The position numbers and the translations under genes were made by a program. Positions 20,360 through 29,985 of a DNA stretch of 64,000 nt are shown one piece after another. The notes below the pieces were generated by a model. That model searched no databases and had not been told where the DNA came from. It was given only the letters and a program-made list of their open reading frames with translations. The DNA is from Spirochaetales bacterium. Its GTDB lineage: Bacteria; Spirochaetota; Spirochaetia; Treponematales; UBA12059. Where the stretch lies: assembly GCA_016928955.1 (NCBI GenBank), contig JAFGJV010000004.1, forward strand, positions 62,001-126,000. The letters run 5' to 3'. The stretch's first letter is position 1. Each line of letters starts with the position of its first letter.

Positions 20360-20551
20360 TTCCGCATAGCCAAACCGAATGTCAAAACCCTTGATGGCGG
20401 GCACGATCGATACGGAAAGCCGCCAGGAGGCATACGCGCCCGTGGTGGGCGGACAAGGAAGTGCGCAAGCACCGGGGCTCGTAGGGGCGCCTGGGATACG
20501 ATGGGAAGCCGCCCGCACAGGGCGGCCGACGCGTAGCAAGGAGGGTACGGA

Positions 20552-22240
20552 ATGACCACCATCATCGTGGTATTCGCTCTGGCACTCTACCTGATCTTCT
20601 ACTTCACGTACGGCAAAAACCTCAGGGACAAGCTGTTGAAGAGCGGCAACGCTCCGCCGGCGCCGTCCGAGCGCCTGAAAGACGGCGTGGACTACGTGCC
20701 AACGAGCAAGTATGTCCTGTTCGGCCACCACTTTGCGTCCATAGCGGGCGCCGGACCCATCGTTGGGCCCGCCATGGCGGTGGCCTGGGGCTGGCTACCC
20801 GGACTTCTGTGGATATGGTTCGGCAACATATTCATTGGGGCCATCCACGACTACCTGTCGCTGGCCGCCAGCGTGCGCTACGACGGACGCTCCGTGCAGT
20901 TCGTGGCCCAGGACCTGATAGGCAAGAAGGCGGGCAAGGCCTTTGGCTGGTTCATCCTGTTCCTCTGTATTCTGGTTGTGGCGGCTTTTGGCGATATCGT
21001 GGCAGGGCAGTTCGCCGCGGACGGCCGCGTGTTCAGCGCGTTCTTCCTGTTCTGCGTGGCCGCTATCATAGCAGGGTTCTTCATGTACCGTACCAAGCTC
21101 GGGCTGGGCTGGGGTTCCCTGATAGGCCTTGCGCTGATCATCGCCGCCTTTATTGGCGGAGAGTACCTGCCCATAGCGGCCAGCAAGGACGTTTGGTTTG
21201 CCGTCATCTTTGTATACGTGGTCATAGCCAGCGCCCTGCCGGTAAATTTCCTCTTGCAGCCGCGGGATTACCTCAATAGCTTCCTTTTGTATTTCGGCCT
21301 GGCTGTGGGCGGCATAGCGGCGGTGATTGCGTTCAAGAATTTTGATTCCATACCGCTGTTCACCAGTTTCTCGGCCAAGGTGCTCGGTCCGGCGGGGAAC
21401 CTACAACCCAGCCCGTTCTGGCCAACGGTTCCGCTTGTGATAGCGTGCGGCGCCCTGTCCGGTTTCCACTCGCTGGTGGCGTCCGGAACCAGCTCAAAGC
21501 AGCTGGCCAAGGAGAACGACGCCCTCTTTGTGGGTTACGGCGGCATGTTGACGGAAGGCTTTTTGTCGACCATCGTGGTTGTGTCCATAGCCGGCTTTGG
21601 CATAGCGGCCCTGGGCGACAAGCTGATGGCCACCGCGGCTCTGGGGCGCTTTGTCAATTCGTACGGCGTCATGGTCAGCACGGTACTTCCTTTCCTGAGC
21701 AGGAATTTCATGAACCTGTTCGCGTCCGTGTGGGTATCCAGCTTTGCCCTGACCACGCTCGACACCACAAACCGCCTGGGACGCTACATAGTCCATGAGC
21801 TGGCCATGCCCCTCAAGGACAAAAACCCCGGCGCGTATAAGATCTTCCAGAACAAGTGGGTGGCGTCCTTCATCATAGCCTTCCTCGGCGTGGGGCTGGC
21901 CTGGACAGGCAACTACACCGTGCTGTGGCCGGCTTTCTCCGGGGCCAACCAGCTGATAGCGTCCATTGTCATGATCACCGTGGCCGTATGGGTCAAGAAA
22001 AAGCTGGATCCCAGGTACACCAACGTGGTTATGATTCCGGCCGTATTCCTGTGGATCACGGTGACCGCGGCCCTGGTGTGGTACGAGGCGGCCATCATCC
22101 CGACGCACTTCATAGACATGGCCAACGTCAAGAACGTCATTACCGGCGTGGTGGTGGGCCTCATAACCCTGTTCATGCTGGTGCTTAATTTCATCATGAT
22201 GGCAGCCGTCTGGAAGGATTTCAAGAAACAGACCGCCTGA
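20552..22240 (+). CDS. cstA: Carbon starvation protein A family peptide/pyruvate transporter
   Basis: DGVDYVPT..VLFGHHFASIAGAGPIVGP, IACGALSGFHSL, YGGMLTEG, LTTLDT, WPAFSGANQL; many TM helices. Confidence 0.95.
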   Translation: MTTIIVVFALALYLIFYFTYGKNLRDKLLKSGNAPPAPSERLKDGVDYVPTSKYVLFGHHFASIAGAGPIVGPAMAVAWGWLPGLLWIWFGNIFIGAIHDYLSLAASVRYDGRSVQFVAQDLIGKKAGKAFGWFILFLCILVVAAFGDIVAGQFAADGRVFSAFFLFCVAAIIAGFFMYRTKLGLGWGSLIGLALIIAAFIGGEYLPIAASKDVWFAVIFVYVVIASALPVNFLLQPRDYLNSFLLYFGLAVGGIAAVIAFKNFDSIPLFTSFSAKVLGPAGNLQPSPFWPTVPLVIACGALSGFHSLVASGTSSKQLAKENDALFVGYGGMLTEGFLSTIVVVSIAGFGIAALGDKLMATAALGRFVNSYGVMVSTVLPFLSRNFMNLFASVWVSSFALTTLDTTNRLGRYIVHELAMPLKDKNPGAYKIFQNKWVASFIIAFLGVGLAWTGNYTVLWPAFSGANQLIASIVMITVAVWVKKKLDPRYTNVVMIPAVFLWITVTAALVWYEAAIIPTHFIDMANVKNVITGVVVGLITLFMLVLNFIMMAAVWKDFKKQTA

Positions 22241-22267
22241 GCCCGGGATAGCCCGGGTTGAAAGAAT

Positions 22268-22307
22268 GCCTGTCCGGAAGCCTTACAGCCCTCCGGACAG
22301 GCTTTTT
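22268..22307 (+). terminator. Rho-independent terminator after cstA
   Basis: Perfect 11-bp stem GCCTGTCCGGA / TCCGGACAGGC followed by TTTTT. Confidence 0.8.
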
Positions 22308-22534
22308 AGCGGGGGAGAACGCTCCCGCGGCACGCTGGAAAAACCTGGAGTTTTCTGCGTCCCGTTAAGAAACCGACGGTTCACGGGGCTCCCCGTGTTT
22401 ACGGCCGAGAACGCGACGATTTCTCAGGTGCGCCTCAGAAAGGTGGGATGTGTGGGGCCTTCCGGCACGCTGATCTTGGCGCGTTCGCGGGGCTATCGCC
22501 TTGTGTGCCGTATGTTCCGGGGGGAGGTTGTCCG

Positions 22535-22822
22535 ATGGCTGTTTTCCGGTCGTTGCTGTCCTGGCTGAAAGCTTTCAAGGACGTGGTTGTTCAGGTCAAC
22601 CGAGGAAAGGCAACAGGCATGCTCGAGTTCGAGCTCAAGGAGCTTGAAAACGTGTTCATGCTCCTTACCATGGGAGGCTTTGTGGGCCTGCCCGCACCGC
22701 CCACGCCCGTTGCCCTGGAGATAGTGCCCTTCCTTGAGAACGAGCTTGTCGTGCTCTTGTCAAGGTCAGACATGGCGTCCGACCCCATTGGCTCGCTTAT
22801 GGGCATGCTGGAGGTGGACTGA
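22535..22822 (+). CDS. Small CstA/ArsA-associated protein (cory-CC-star-like)
   Basis: GGAGG RBS; ELKELENVFMLL..G.FVGLP.PP..LE..P pattern; stop overlaps ArsA start (TGATG). Confidence 0.75.
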   Translation: MAVFRSLLSWLKAFKDVVVQVNRGKATGMLEFELKELENVFMLLTMGGFVGLPAPPTPVALEIVPFLENELVVLLSRSDMASDPIGSLMGMLEVD

Positions 22823-23763
22823 TGGCCGCTCATTCGCAGATAAAGCGCGCGGCGTTTTTCTTGGGCAAGGGCGGGGTAGGCAAGACCACGTTATCCGCGT
22901 CTTTTGCCCTGGATGCCGCGGACAGGGGGCGTAAGACACTAATTGTGTCCCTGGATCCTGCGCATAACCTAGGCGACGTGCTGGGAACCAGGCTGGGGGG
23001 CGAGCCCCTGAATGTGCGCCCAAACCTTGACGCCGCCGAGGTGGACCTCCCGACTTGGGTCAAGCGCTACCTTGACGACACCCGGAGGGAAATCAAGGCC
23101 AATTACTCCTACCAGTCAGCGCTCAACCTGGACGGCTTTCTGAACATCATGAAGTACGCCCCGGGCACGGAGGAATACGCCGTGCTCTGGGCTATCGAGC
23201 ACGTGTGGTGCGACCTTGGTGGACTGTACGACACCGTGGTGTTCGACACGCCGCCCACGGCCCTGTCTCTCCGTTTCCTGGCCCTGCCCACCATATCTGA
23301 GCTGTGGGTGGCGGAATTGTCCAAGCTGAGGGCGAGCATCCTTAAAAAACGAACCACGCTCCTCAAGCTCAACCCGGACGCTGTCGTTGGCGCAAGTTGC
23401 GTGGACCCTGAGGACGACAAAGTGTACGGTCGACTGTCGGCCGTCAAGCAGCGCCTGGCCGTGCTGAACGCGTTGTTCCGGGACGAGAGCTTCCTTGCCC
23501 TGGTGATCAACCCCGACCAGCTGTCAAGGGCGGAAGGAGCTCGCATCCGGGAAGAGCTCGACAGGCTACGCATACCCATTTCCGCGGTATGCATGAACAA
23601 GATAGGCCTGCCCGGCAGCGTGGACGACGGCCCGGGACCTGCGCTCAAGGGGCTTCCCGTTTTCAGGTATGCCTTGGGCACGGCCAACGGAACGGACACG
23701 GAAAAGCCGTCAGGTCTGGACCTGGGTGATCTTGTCGACCATTATACACGTGGAAGCATCTAA
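22822..23763 (+). CDS. ArsA/Get3 family ATPase (single domain)
   Basis: GKGGVGKTT deviant Walker A, SLDPAHNL, PGTEE, FDTPPT. Confidence 0.92.
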   Translation: MAAHSQIKRAAFFLGKGGVGKTTLSASFALDAADRGRKTLIVSLDPAHNLGDVLGTRLGGEPLNVRPNLDAAEVDLPTWVKRYLDDTRREIKANYSYQSALNLDGFLNIMKYAPGTEEYAVLWAIEHVWCDLGGLYDTVVFDTPPTALSLRFLALPTISELWVAELSKLRASILKKRTTLLKLNPDAVVGASCVDPEDDKVYGRLSAVKQRLAVLNALFRDESFLALVINPDQLSRAEGARIREELDRLRIPISAVCMNKIGLPGSVDDGPGPALKGLPVFRYALGTANGTDTEKPSGLDLGDLVDHYTRGSI

Positions 23764-23929
23764 AAAGCCTCAGTGTGTAGAGGCTTACCTTAGAAAACCT
23801 GGCGTTTTGCCAAAAACGCAGAAGCCTCTAATTAGCCATGGGGTTTTTAGATGTTACCCAGAGCGGGGGGCGTACGCGCCCCGGCTTTCCGCGCGACTGG
23901 CCGCCACCTAAGGCCGGGGAAAGGCAACC

Positions 23930-24571
23930 ATGAATCAGTATCTTTTGTTCGGCATTGTGGCCTTGGCAATAGCGGCGACAGGCGCGTATTTTTTCGGCGT
24001 TCGTAAAAACCGGGCGTTGGCGGCGGCCTACTCGGCCGAGTGTGAGGGCGCGCTCAGGCCCAAGGACCGCGACTACGTCAACATAGGCGGGGCCATAGGC
24101 TTCCAGCTGACGTACCGCCTGGGCGAGCCGTGGACGGAAGCCAAGGGCACCATAACGCTGGCGGCCAGGCAGTCGCTTTTGTACCTGCCCGTGTCCCTGC
24201 TCCTGGGCATGAGGGATCGCTTTGCCATCAACGTATTCACGGCGCGGGCCATGCGCGGCGAGGGGCACCTTCTGTCCGCATCCTGGGAGCGCGCCCACGG
24301 AGCGTCGATAGAAGGCCGGGACAGGATGAAGCGGGAAACCCTCGATGCAGGCGGCAAGCATTTTGTGATCCTGTACGATCATGACGATCTGGCCCCCTTC
24401 CTGAAGACCCTTGCTGAAAACCTGCCCCAGGCCGAGCGTTTCCGGCATTTCTGCTGGTACGGACAGAACAAGACCGTGTTCCTGCACCTGGCGCCCAGGG
24501 TCGGCACGGTGGGGGCCGTTATGAGCTCCGTCATGCCGCGGGTGACCGAGCGCCTGAAGGCCGGCGCTTAG
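23930..24571 (+). CDS. Membrane-anchored hypothetical protein
   Basis: N-terminal TM helix followed by RKN; fills the gap on the coding strand. Confidence 0.7.
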   Translation: MNQYLLFGIVALAIAATGAYFFGVRKNRALAAAYSAECEGALRPKDRDYVNIGGAIGFQLTYRLGEPWTEAKGTITLAARQSLLYLPVSLLLGMRDRFAINVFTARAMRGEGHLLSASWERAHGASIEGRDRMKRETLDAGGKHFVILYDHDDLAPFLKTLAENLPQAERFRHFCWYGQNKTVFLHLAPRVGTVGAVMSSVMPRVTERLKAGA

Positions 24572-24641
24572 CGGGCAGTACGGCACACCGACCCGCAAGC
24601 ATCACTTTCGCGATTGCCCGAGGGCTGATACTATTAGCTCC

Positions 24642-25631
24642 ATGGAACACTATGCGGATTACGCCATTGCCGATTGCCATTCCGACGCCCTGCTTCCGGT
24701 GGTGGGTCAGAGTCTGGTACCGGGCGAGACCGGTGAGAGGGATTTTTTCGCCAAGAACAGCATAGGGCACGTCGATATGCCCAGGCTCGAGGCCGGCCAT
24801 GTGGCGTGCCAGGCCTTTGCCTGCTTTGCAGGCGAGACCATACCGCCCGAAGGGGCACGGGCGGTTACGGACATGCTCCTGGACAGCTTGGACACCATCC
24901 TTGCTCAAGCTGGGCCGCGCATGCGGAGAATACTGTCGGCGGCCGACGCAGAAGCCGCGCGCCGCGACGGCACGGTAGGAGCGCTGGCGACCATAGAGGG
25001 CGGCGAATGCCTGGAGGGAGACCTGGCCCTGCTTGGCCACTTCCACGGCCGCGGGGTGCGCATGCTCGGGCTGACCCACAACAAACGTAACGAGCTCGGG
25101 CGCGGAGCCAAGGCCGAGGGAACGGACGGCCTGACCGATTTCGGGAAGGCCGTCATACGCGAATGCGCGCGCCTTGGCGTGGTGGTGGACGTGTCGCACC
25201 TGTCAGACCAGGCCCTGGACGACGCTCTCAAGACGACCGACGCCCCCCTGGTCGCGTCGCACTCCAATTGCAGGGCCCTGTGCTGCCACGTGCGGAACCT
25301 CAGGGACGACCAGATCATAGACATAGGCCGGACCGGGGGGCTTGTGGCCGCCACCTGCGTGCCGTATTTTGTCGAGCGGCAAAAAGGCATGGCGACTCTT
25401 GGGCGGCTTGCCGACCACATAGAGCGCGTGGCGCGGCTGGCCGGCATAGAGCACGTTGCCCTTGGCTCAGACTTTGAGGGCTACGATCCGAGCTACGGAG
25501 CGACCGTGCCCGACGCCGCCGGCTGGCCACTGTTGGCCGACGAGCTGGAGCGCAGGGGCTTTTCGCGCGGCGAGGTAGACAGGGTGTTCTGGGGCAACTG
25601 GCTGGCTGTGTTCAAGTCAGTGGCCGGCTGA
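24642..25631 (+). CDS. Membrane dipeptidase (peptidase M19)
   Basis: DCHSD, GHVDMPRL, IEGG, LTHN, VDVSH, ASHSN, RNL.D, GSDFEG. Confidence 0.93.
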   Translation: MEHYADYAIADCHSDALLPVVGQSLVPGETGERDFFAKNSIGHVDMPRLEAGHVACQAFACFAGETIPPEGARAVTDMLLDSLDTILAQAGPRMRRILSAADAEAARRDGTVGALATIEGGECLEGDLALLGHFHGRGVRMLGLTHNKRNELGRGAKAEGTDGLTDFGKAVIRECARLGVVVDVSHLSDQALDDALKTTDAPLVASHSNCRALCCHVRNLRDDQIIDIGRTGGLVAATCVPYFVERQKGMATLGRLADHIERVARLAGIEHVALGSDFEGYDPSYGATVPDAAGWPLLADELERRGFSRGEVDRVFWGNWLAVFKSVAG

Positions 25632-25689
25632 GCTCGAATGCGAAAGAACGCCCCGCGTCGGCCCTGCCGAGATGGAGAGTGAGGACAGC

Positions 25690-26778
25690 ATGTATTTGAC
25701 CTTCCGGTGGTACGCTGACAAGGATTCCATTCCGCTGTCGTCCATAAGGCAGATACCCGCCATGCGCGGCGTGGTGTCCGCCCTGTATGACGAGCCGCCG
25801 GGCTCGGCATGGACCGCAGGAGACCTGCGCGCGCTCAGGCAAACCATAGAGGCGGCCGAACTGGAATTCCGCGTCGTAGAATCCATACCGGTGCCGGAGG
25901 GAGTCAAGCTCGGCGGGCCGGACCGGGATAAGGGCATAGACTCGTGGCTGAAAAGTCTCAAGGCCGTGGCGGAGGCGCTCGGTCCTGGGTCGGAACCGAC
26001 CGGCTCCGAGGAACCGGTGGTCGTCACCTACAACTTCATGCCTGTGTTCGACTGGACGCGCAGTGAGCTGTCCAGAACCCTGCCGGACGGTTCTACGGTC
26101 TTGGCCTACGACTCGGGCTCCGTCGAGCGCATGGATCCCCTGGACGGAGACCTGGAATTGCCCGGATGGATGGCCCGCTACTCAAAAGAGGAGATGTACC
26201 GCCTTCTGTCCGACTACCGGGCCCTGTCAGACGACGACGTGTACGGCAACCTGACCTATTTCCTGCGAGCCGTTTGTCCGGAAGCAGAACGGCTCGGCCT
26301 ACGTCTGGCCATCCACCCCGACGACCCCCCGTGGTCGGTTTTTGGCATACCCAGGATCATGACCGGAGCTACCGCGCTCCGTAAGCTGTTCTCTGACGTG
26401 CCGTCGCCGGCCAATGGCCTGTGCTTGTGCACGGGCAGTTTCGGCGTCCTGACCGCGAACGATCTTCCCTCAATGGCAAAGGAATTCGCCGGGCGCACGC
26501 GCTTTGTGCATATGCGCAACGTCAAGGTCACGGGGCCAAAATCCTTTGAGGAGAGCGCCCACTGGAAGGGAGCCGGCAGCATAGATCTTGCCGCAGTCAT
26601 AGACGCCTTGCAGCTGGCCGGTTTCAAAGGACCTGTGCGCCCCGACCACGGACGCATGATATGGGGCGAGAGCGGAAAACCGGGTTACGGTCTCTTCGAC
26701 AGGGCCCTGGGCGCTTCGTACATCCAGGGTTTGATAGACGCCGGTTCCCGATCCAGAAAAAGCTCCTCGTTCCGATAA
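25690..26778 (+). CDS. uxuA: Mannonate dehydratase
   Basis: TFRWY, VVESIPV, YNFMPVFDWTR, IHPDDPP, LCTGS, VHMRN, RPDHGRMIWGE, PGYGLFDRALG. Confidence 0.96.
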   Translation: MYLTFRWYADKDSIPLSSIRQIPAMRGVVSALYDEPPGSAWTAGDLRALRQTIEAAELEFRVVESIPVPEGVKLGGPDRDKGIDSWLKSLKAVAEALGPGSEPTGSEEPVVVTYNFMPVFDWTRSELSRTLPDGSTVLAYDSGSVERMDPLDGDLELPGWMARYSKEEMYRLLSDYRALSDDDVYGNLTYFLRAVCPEAERLGLRLAIHPDDPPWSVFGIPRIMTGATALRKLFSDVPSPANGLCLCTGSFGVLTANDLPSMAKEFAGRTRFVHMRNVKVTGPKSFEESAHWKGAGSIDLAAVIDALQLAGFKGPVRPDHGRMIWGESGKPGYGLFDRALGASYIQGLIDAGSRSRKSSSFR

Positions 26779-26804
26779 AACAGCAAACAAAACGCAAGCG
26801 CCAA

Positions 26805-26834
26805 GCGGCCGTCCCGCGTAACAGGGACGGTCGC
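26805..26834. terminator. Stem-loop after uxuA (possible terminator)
   Basis: GCGGCCGTCCC / GGGACGGTCGC stem; no clear U tail on the + strand. Confidence 0.45.
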
Positions 26835-26891
26835 CGGTTGTAGGAGGCCGCCTTGCACGGCCTGCCGCCGGCGTTCCTGAAAGGGGACGCA

Positions 26892-27872
26892 ATGCGCGCG
26901 TATCTTGCAGCACTCGTGTTTTTTGTTACGGCCTTTTCCTGTTCGCCGCCGCCGGATGCCGGGGACAAGGGACAGGCAGACCCGGCGCTGGTCGGTCCCG
27001 TCCGTTCGTCCGTGACGGCCGCCGAGCTTGAGTCCGAGCTGTTCGACATATGCGAGACCGAGCGCAGAAACGGCTGTCTGCAGGGTCTCGGCGCCCTGGA
27101 GTCGATGTTGCTCGAGGGCACGGGTGACGCGGCAGGGGCTTTGTACGCCGCCTCACGGGATCTCTTCGTGGCCTACGCGTATGGCGAGTCCAGCCTAGAC
27201 GACGCGCTTGGGCGGCTGGATGGCATACAGCAGGGCTGGCTGGACAGCGGCCACCAGCCGGACGCGGCGCTGGTATACGCCGTGGCGTCGGTGCGCTCGG
27301 CCCTTGTTGGGGACTGGGAACCGGGAAAGGCACCCCGGACGGCCACGGGACCGGAGAGTCCGGACTCTTTCCGGGCTTGGCTGTCCCTGGCCTACCGCAT
27401 CCAGAACGGCGTGGCCACATCCGAGGAAATCCGGCGCTACTCGGCCATGCAGGCCCGGTACTCGTCCTTTCCCCCGTACTGGCGGGTGTTCACCCTGGCA
27501 GGCTTGAACCAGGAATTTTCGGTCGACTCGGCGGAACGCTGCATACGGCTGGCACCCCACGGTCCCTATGCAGAGCTGTCCCGCCATTCCCTCGCGTCCA
27601 ACTTTGGCCTGCCCGACGGATCGGGCAAAGCCGTGCTGACGAGCGGCGAGATACAGGCCATCGTCGAGGACGCGGTCGCCAGCGGAGACTATGACCGTCT
27701 CGAAACGCTGTTTCCTACGCTTGAACTGCCCGACAATCCATCAACCATGTTCGCCGTTGGCGCTTTGAGGTCTCTGAGCGAAATCAGGGACGCGCGTTTG
27801 TGGCTTGAATCTCGACGGGCCAGGGCTCAGGGCCGGCTGGCCGAACGCCTGCGCTACGTCACGGGAGCCTGA
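26892..27872 (+). CDS. Hypothetical alpha-helical lipoprotein, first gene of the large operon
   Basis: AAGGGG RBS; hydrophobic N-terminus with AFSC lipobox. Confidence 0.7.
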   Translation: MRAYLAALVFFVTAFSCSPPPDAGDKGQADPALVGPVRSSVTAAELESELFDICETERRNGCLQGLGALESMLLEGTGDAAGALYAASRDLFVAYAYGESSLDDALGRLDGIQQGWLDSGHQPDAALVYAVASVRSALVGDWEPGKAPRTATGPESPDSFRAWLSLAYRIQNGVATSEEIRRYSAMQARYSSFPPYWRVFTLAGLNQEFSVDSAERCIRLAPHGPYAELSRHSLASNFGLPDGSGKAVLTSGEIQAIVEDAVASGDYDRLETLFPTLELPDNPSTMFAVGALRSLSEIRDARLWLESRRARAQGRLAERLRYVTGA

Positions 27873-27874
27873 CC

Positions 27875-28528
27875 ATGAGGTGGTCAGCGTATATGACGGC
27901 CGCTGTGCTCGCTGTCCTGTGCCTATCCTGCTTGTCCTGCAGGCGCAGGGACGCGGCTGCCGCCCTGGAACGGCATATATCTGCCATTTCCTCGTACCAG
28001 GAAGGCAAGCTGGATAAAGCCATAGCCGAGGCAGCCGAGGCCGAACGTATGGACGACACCCTGGTCGCGGCTTCCATTCTGAAGGGCAAGGCGGAATTTT
28101 TTTCGGACGACCTGGGATCAGCGCTCGCCTCGTTCTCCTTGGCGCTCAAGGCCCAGCCCGCCAGCATAGAAGCCCGTCTGTGGCAGGCGCGGTGCCTGCG
28201 CTACCTCAAGCGTCAGCCAGAAGCGATTGAAGCGTGCGAATCGGCCCTTGCCCTTGCGCCGAACCTGGTGGAACTCCTCAGGCTGCGCGCGGCCATGGCC
28301 ATGGATGACGACGACGTTGCCACGGCGGCGCTGTGCCTGGACAGGGCCGCGTCAAGCGCCCAGGAGTTCGCGCTGGTGTTTATGGACCGCGCCGCACTGC
28401 GCTGGGCAGCCGGGCACGCTGAAGGAGCCCGCGACGATCTGAAGATGGCACTGTCGCTCCTGCCGCCAGGATCGCCTGCCCGGAAAGGGGCAACAGATCT
28501 CTTGTCCGCGGTAGAGGCCGGGTTGTGA
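27875..28528 (+). CDS. TPR-repeat lipoprotein
   Basis: CLSC lipobox; repeated A...F/C..AL...P TPR pattern. Confidence 0.8.
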   Translation: MRWSAYMTAAVLAVLCLSCLSCRRRDAAAALERHISAISSYQEGKLDKAIAEAAEAERMDDTLVAASILKGKAEFFSDDLGSALASFSLALKAQPASIEARLWQARCLRYLKRQPEAIEACESALALAPNLVELLRLRAAMAMDDDDVATAALCLDRAASSAQEFALVFMDRAALRWAAGHAEGARDDLKMALSLLPPGSPARKGATDLLSAVEAGL

Positions 28529-29985
28529 GCGTGCGGGTCGGAGCTTGGTTCCGGAACCTTCGTTGGGCTGTCATGGCGCTCGGCGTATTTGTGTCCGGCT
28601 GCGCGTCGCTACCCGAGCCTTCATCCTTGCCCCCTGGCCTTTACGCATCTGCATGCCAGGTTCCAGAAGCCCAGGAACGCGCGCTTAGTTGCGCAGACGC
28701 CGCCCGCCTGGCAGTGGAACGGTCGGTAGAGCTCAGGGCCGAGCGGGAAGCGCTTGGGCTGAAAGAGGGCGCGTGGGCCTTGGGGTTCCGCGAGTATCTT
28801 CCCGACCTGAGCGTGTCCTGGGCCCGGGACGAACGCCTTTCTTTTTTGTCCAGCGATCAGGCAGCGTGGACCCTGTCACTCGACGTGAGCCAAACCCTGT
28901 GGGACGGCGGAAAACTCAGGCGGACGAGGACGCTCGAGTCTGCGAGCCTCTCCTGGGCCCGGGCGGAAATGGTGAAGAAGGAGCGAGCGCTTGCGGAGGC
29001 TGCAATAAGCGCGTACCGGAATGTACTGGCCGCTCGCTCGCGCCTTGACCTCCTGCGCCAATCCAACGAACGGGCGGCTCTGGAGCTTGAAACGTTGGAG
29101 TGCGAGGTGGAACTCGGGTTTGCCCGACCAGATGTTCTGGCGGACGCCGGGCATAGGCTGGACTCAATGTCATTGGACATACAGGAAGCAGATCTTGGGG
29201 TCGAGGAAGCAGAGCACCAGCTGGCCACGCTGCTTTTTTGTGACGGGCTGCCAGCGCTCGGCGAGTCCGTCAACACGGAGGAACGGGCCCTGGACGTGGA
29301 CGGGGAAAAGCTTGTGGCGGCCGCCCTTGAGAGGTCTCCGGATGTGGACGCGGCCGCCCGCCTGGTCGAGCAACGGCGGGTTGAGGCGGAGGCTGCGGCC
29401 TGGGCGTGGCTGCCCGTGGTTCGCGTGGATATCAGCGCCCGCTTCGGCGGAGACGAGTTTCCTTTGACGGACGCGGCGTGGACAGCGAACGTAACGCTGT
29501 CATACGACGGTCCCTGGCTGTCCGGACAGGCCGGCGTCAGCGGCGGTCTAGAAGGAAGGGACGCGCGGCGCTTCGGGAGTTCGTCAAGCGTATATCCCGT
29601 CCCGGCACCGGCGGAAAGCATGGCACCCGCTGGCGCGCGGCTGGCGCTGCAACAGGCCATTGACGCCTATGACTCGACCCGGCGGGCCGTCGAACTCGGC
29701 GCGCGCCTGGCCTTGACCCGGTACGGAATAGCGGCCAGACGCAGGGACAGCGCGCGTTCCGGACTGGACCTGGCCCGGCGCCAGCAGGCGTTGTGCCAGG
29801 TGCGCGTGCGCCTCGGACAGGCTACCAGGCTGGAAGCCCTGGACGCGGAACTCGCGTGCGCCAAAGCCGAACTCGGGCTCCTGGACGCGGCGATGGGGCT
29901 TCTGTCGGCACAGCGAGACCTTGAACGCATCCTCGGGCTTGATCCCGGCGCGCTGCCTGCGTTCGCAGGCGGAGTTAGGCAATGA
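28525..29985 (+). CDS. TolC/OEP family outer-membrane channel
   Basis: VSGC lipobox; two OEP repeats (YLPDLSVS...VSQTLWDGG; ALERSPDV...WLPVV); GQATRLEALDAE. Confidence 0.85.
   Translation: MSVRVGAWFRNLRWAVMALGVFVSGCASLPEPSSLPPGLYASACQVPEAQERALSCADAARLAVERSVELRAEREALGLKEGAWALGFREYLPDLSVSWARDERLSFLSSDQAAWTLSLDVSQTLWDGGKLRRTRTLESASLSWARAEMVKKERALAEAAISAYRNVLAARSRLDLLRQSNERAALELETLECEVELGFARPDVLADAGHRLDSMSLDIQEADLGVEEAEHQLATLLFCDGLPALGESVNTEERALDVDGEKLVAAALERSPDVDAAARLVEQRRVEAEAAAWAWLPVVRVDISARFGGDEFPLTDAAWTANVTLSYDGPWLSGQAGVSGGLEGRDARRFGSSSSVYPVPAPAESMAPAGARLALQQAIDAYDSTRRAVELGARLALTRYGIAARRRDSARSGLDLARRQQALCQVRVRLGQATRLEALDAELACAKAELGLLDAAMGLLSAQRDLERILGLDPGALPAFAGGVRQ

Noticed and set aside
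22822..23763. Arsenic-resistance operon
   Set aside because: Single-domain ATPase with no arsR/B/C/D nearby; context is cstA
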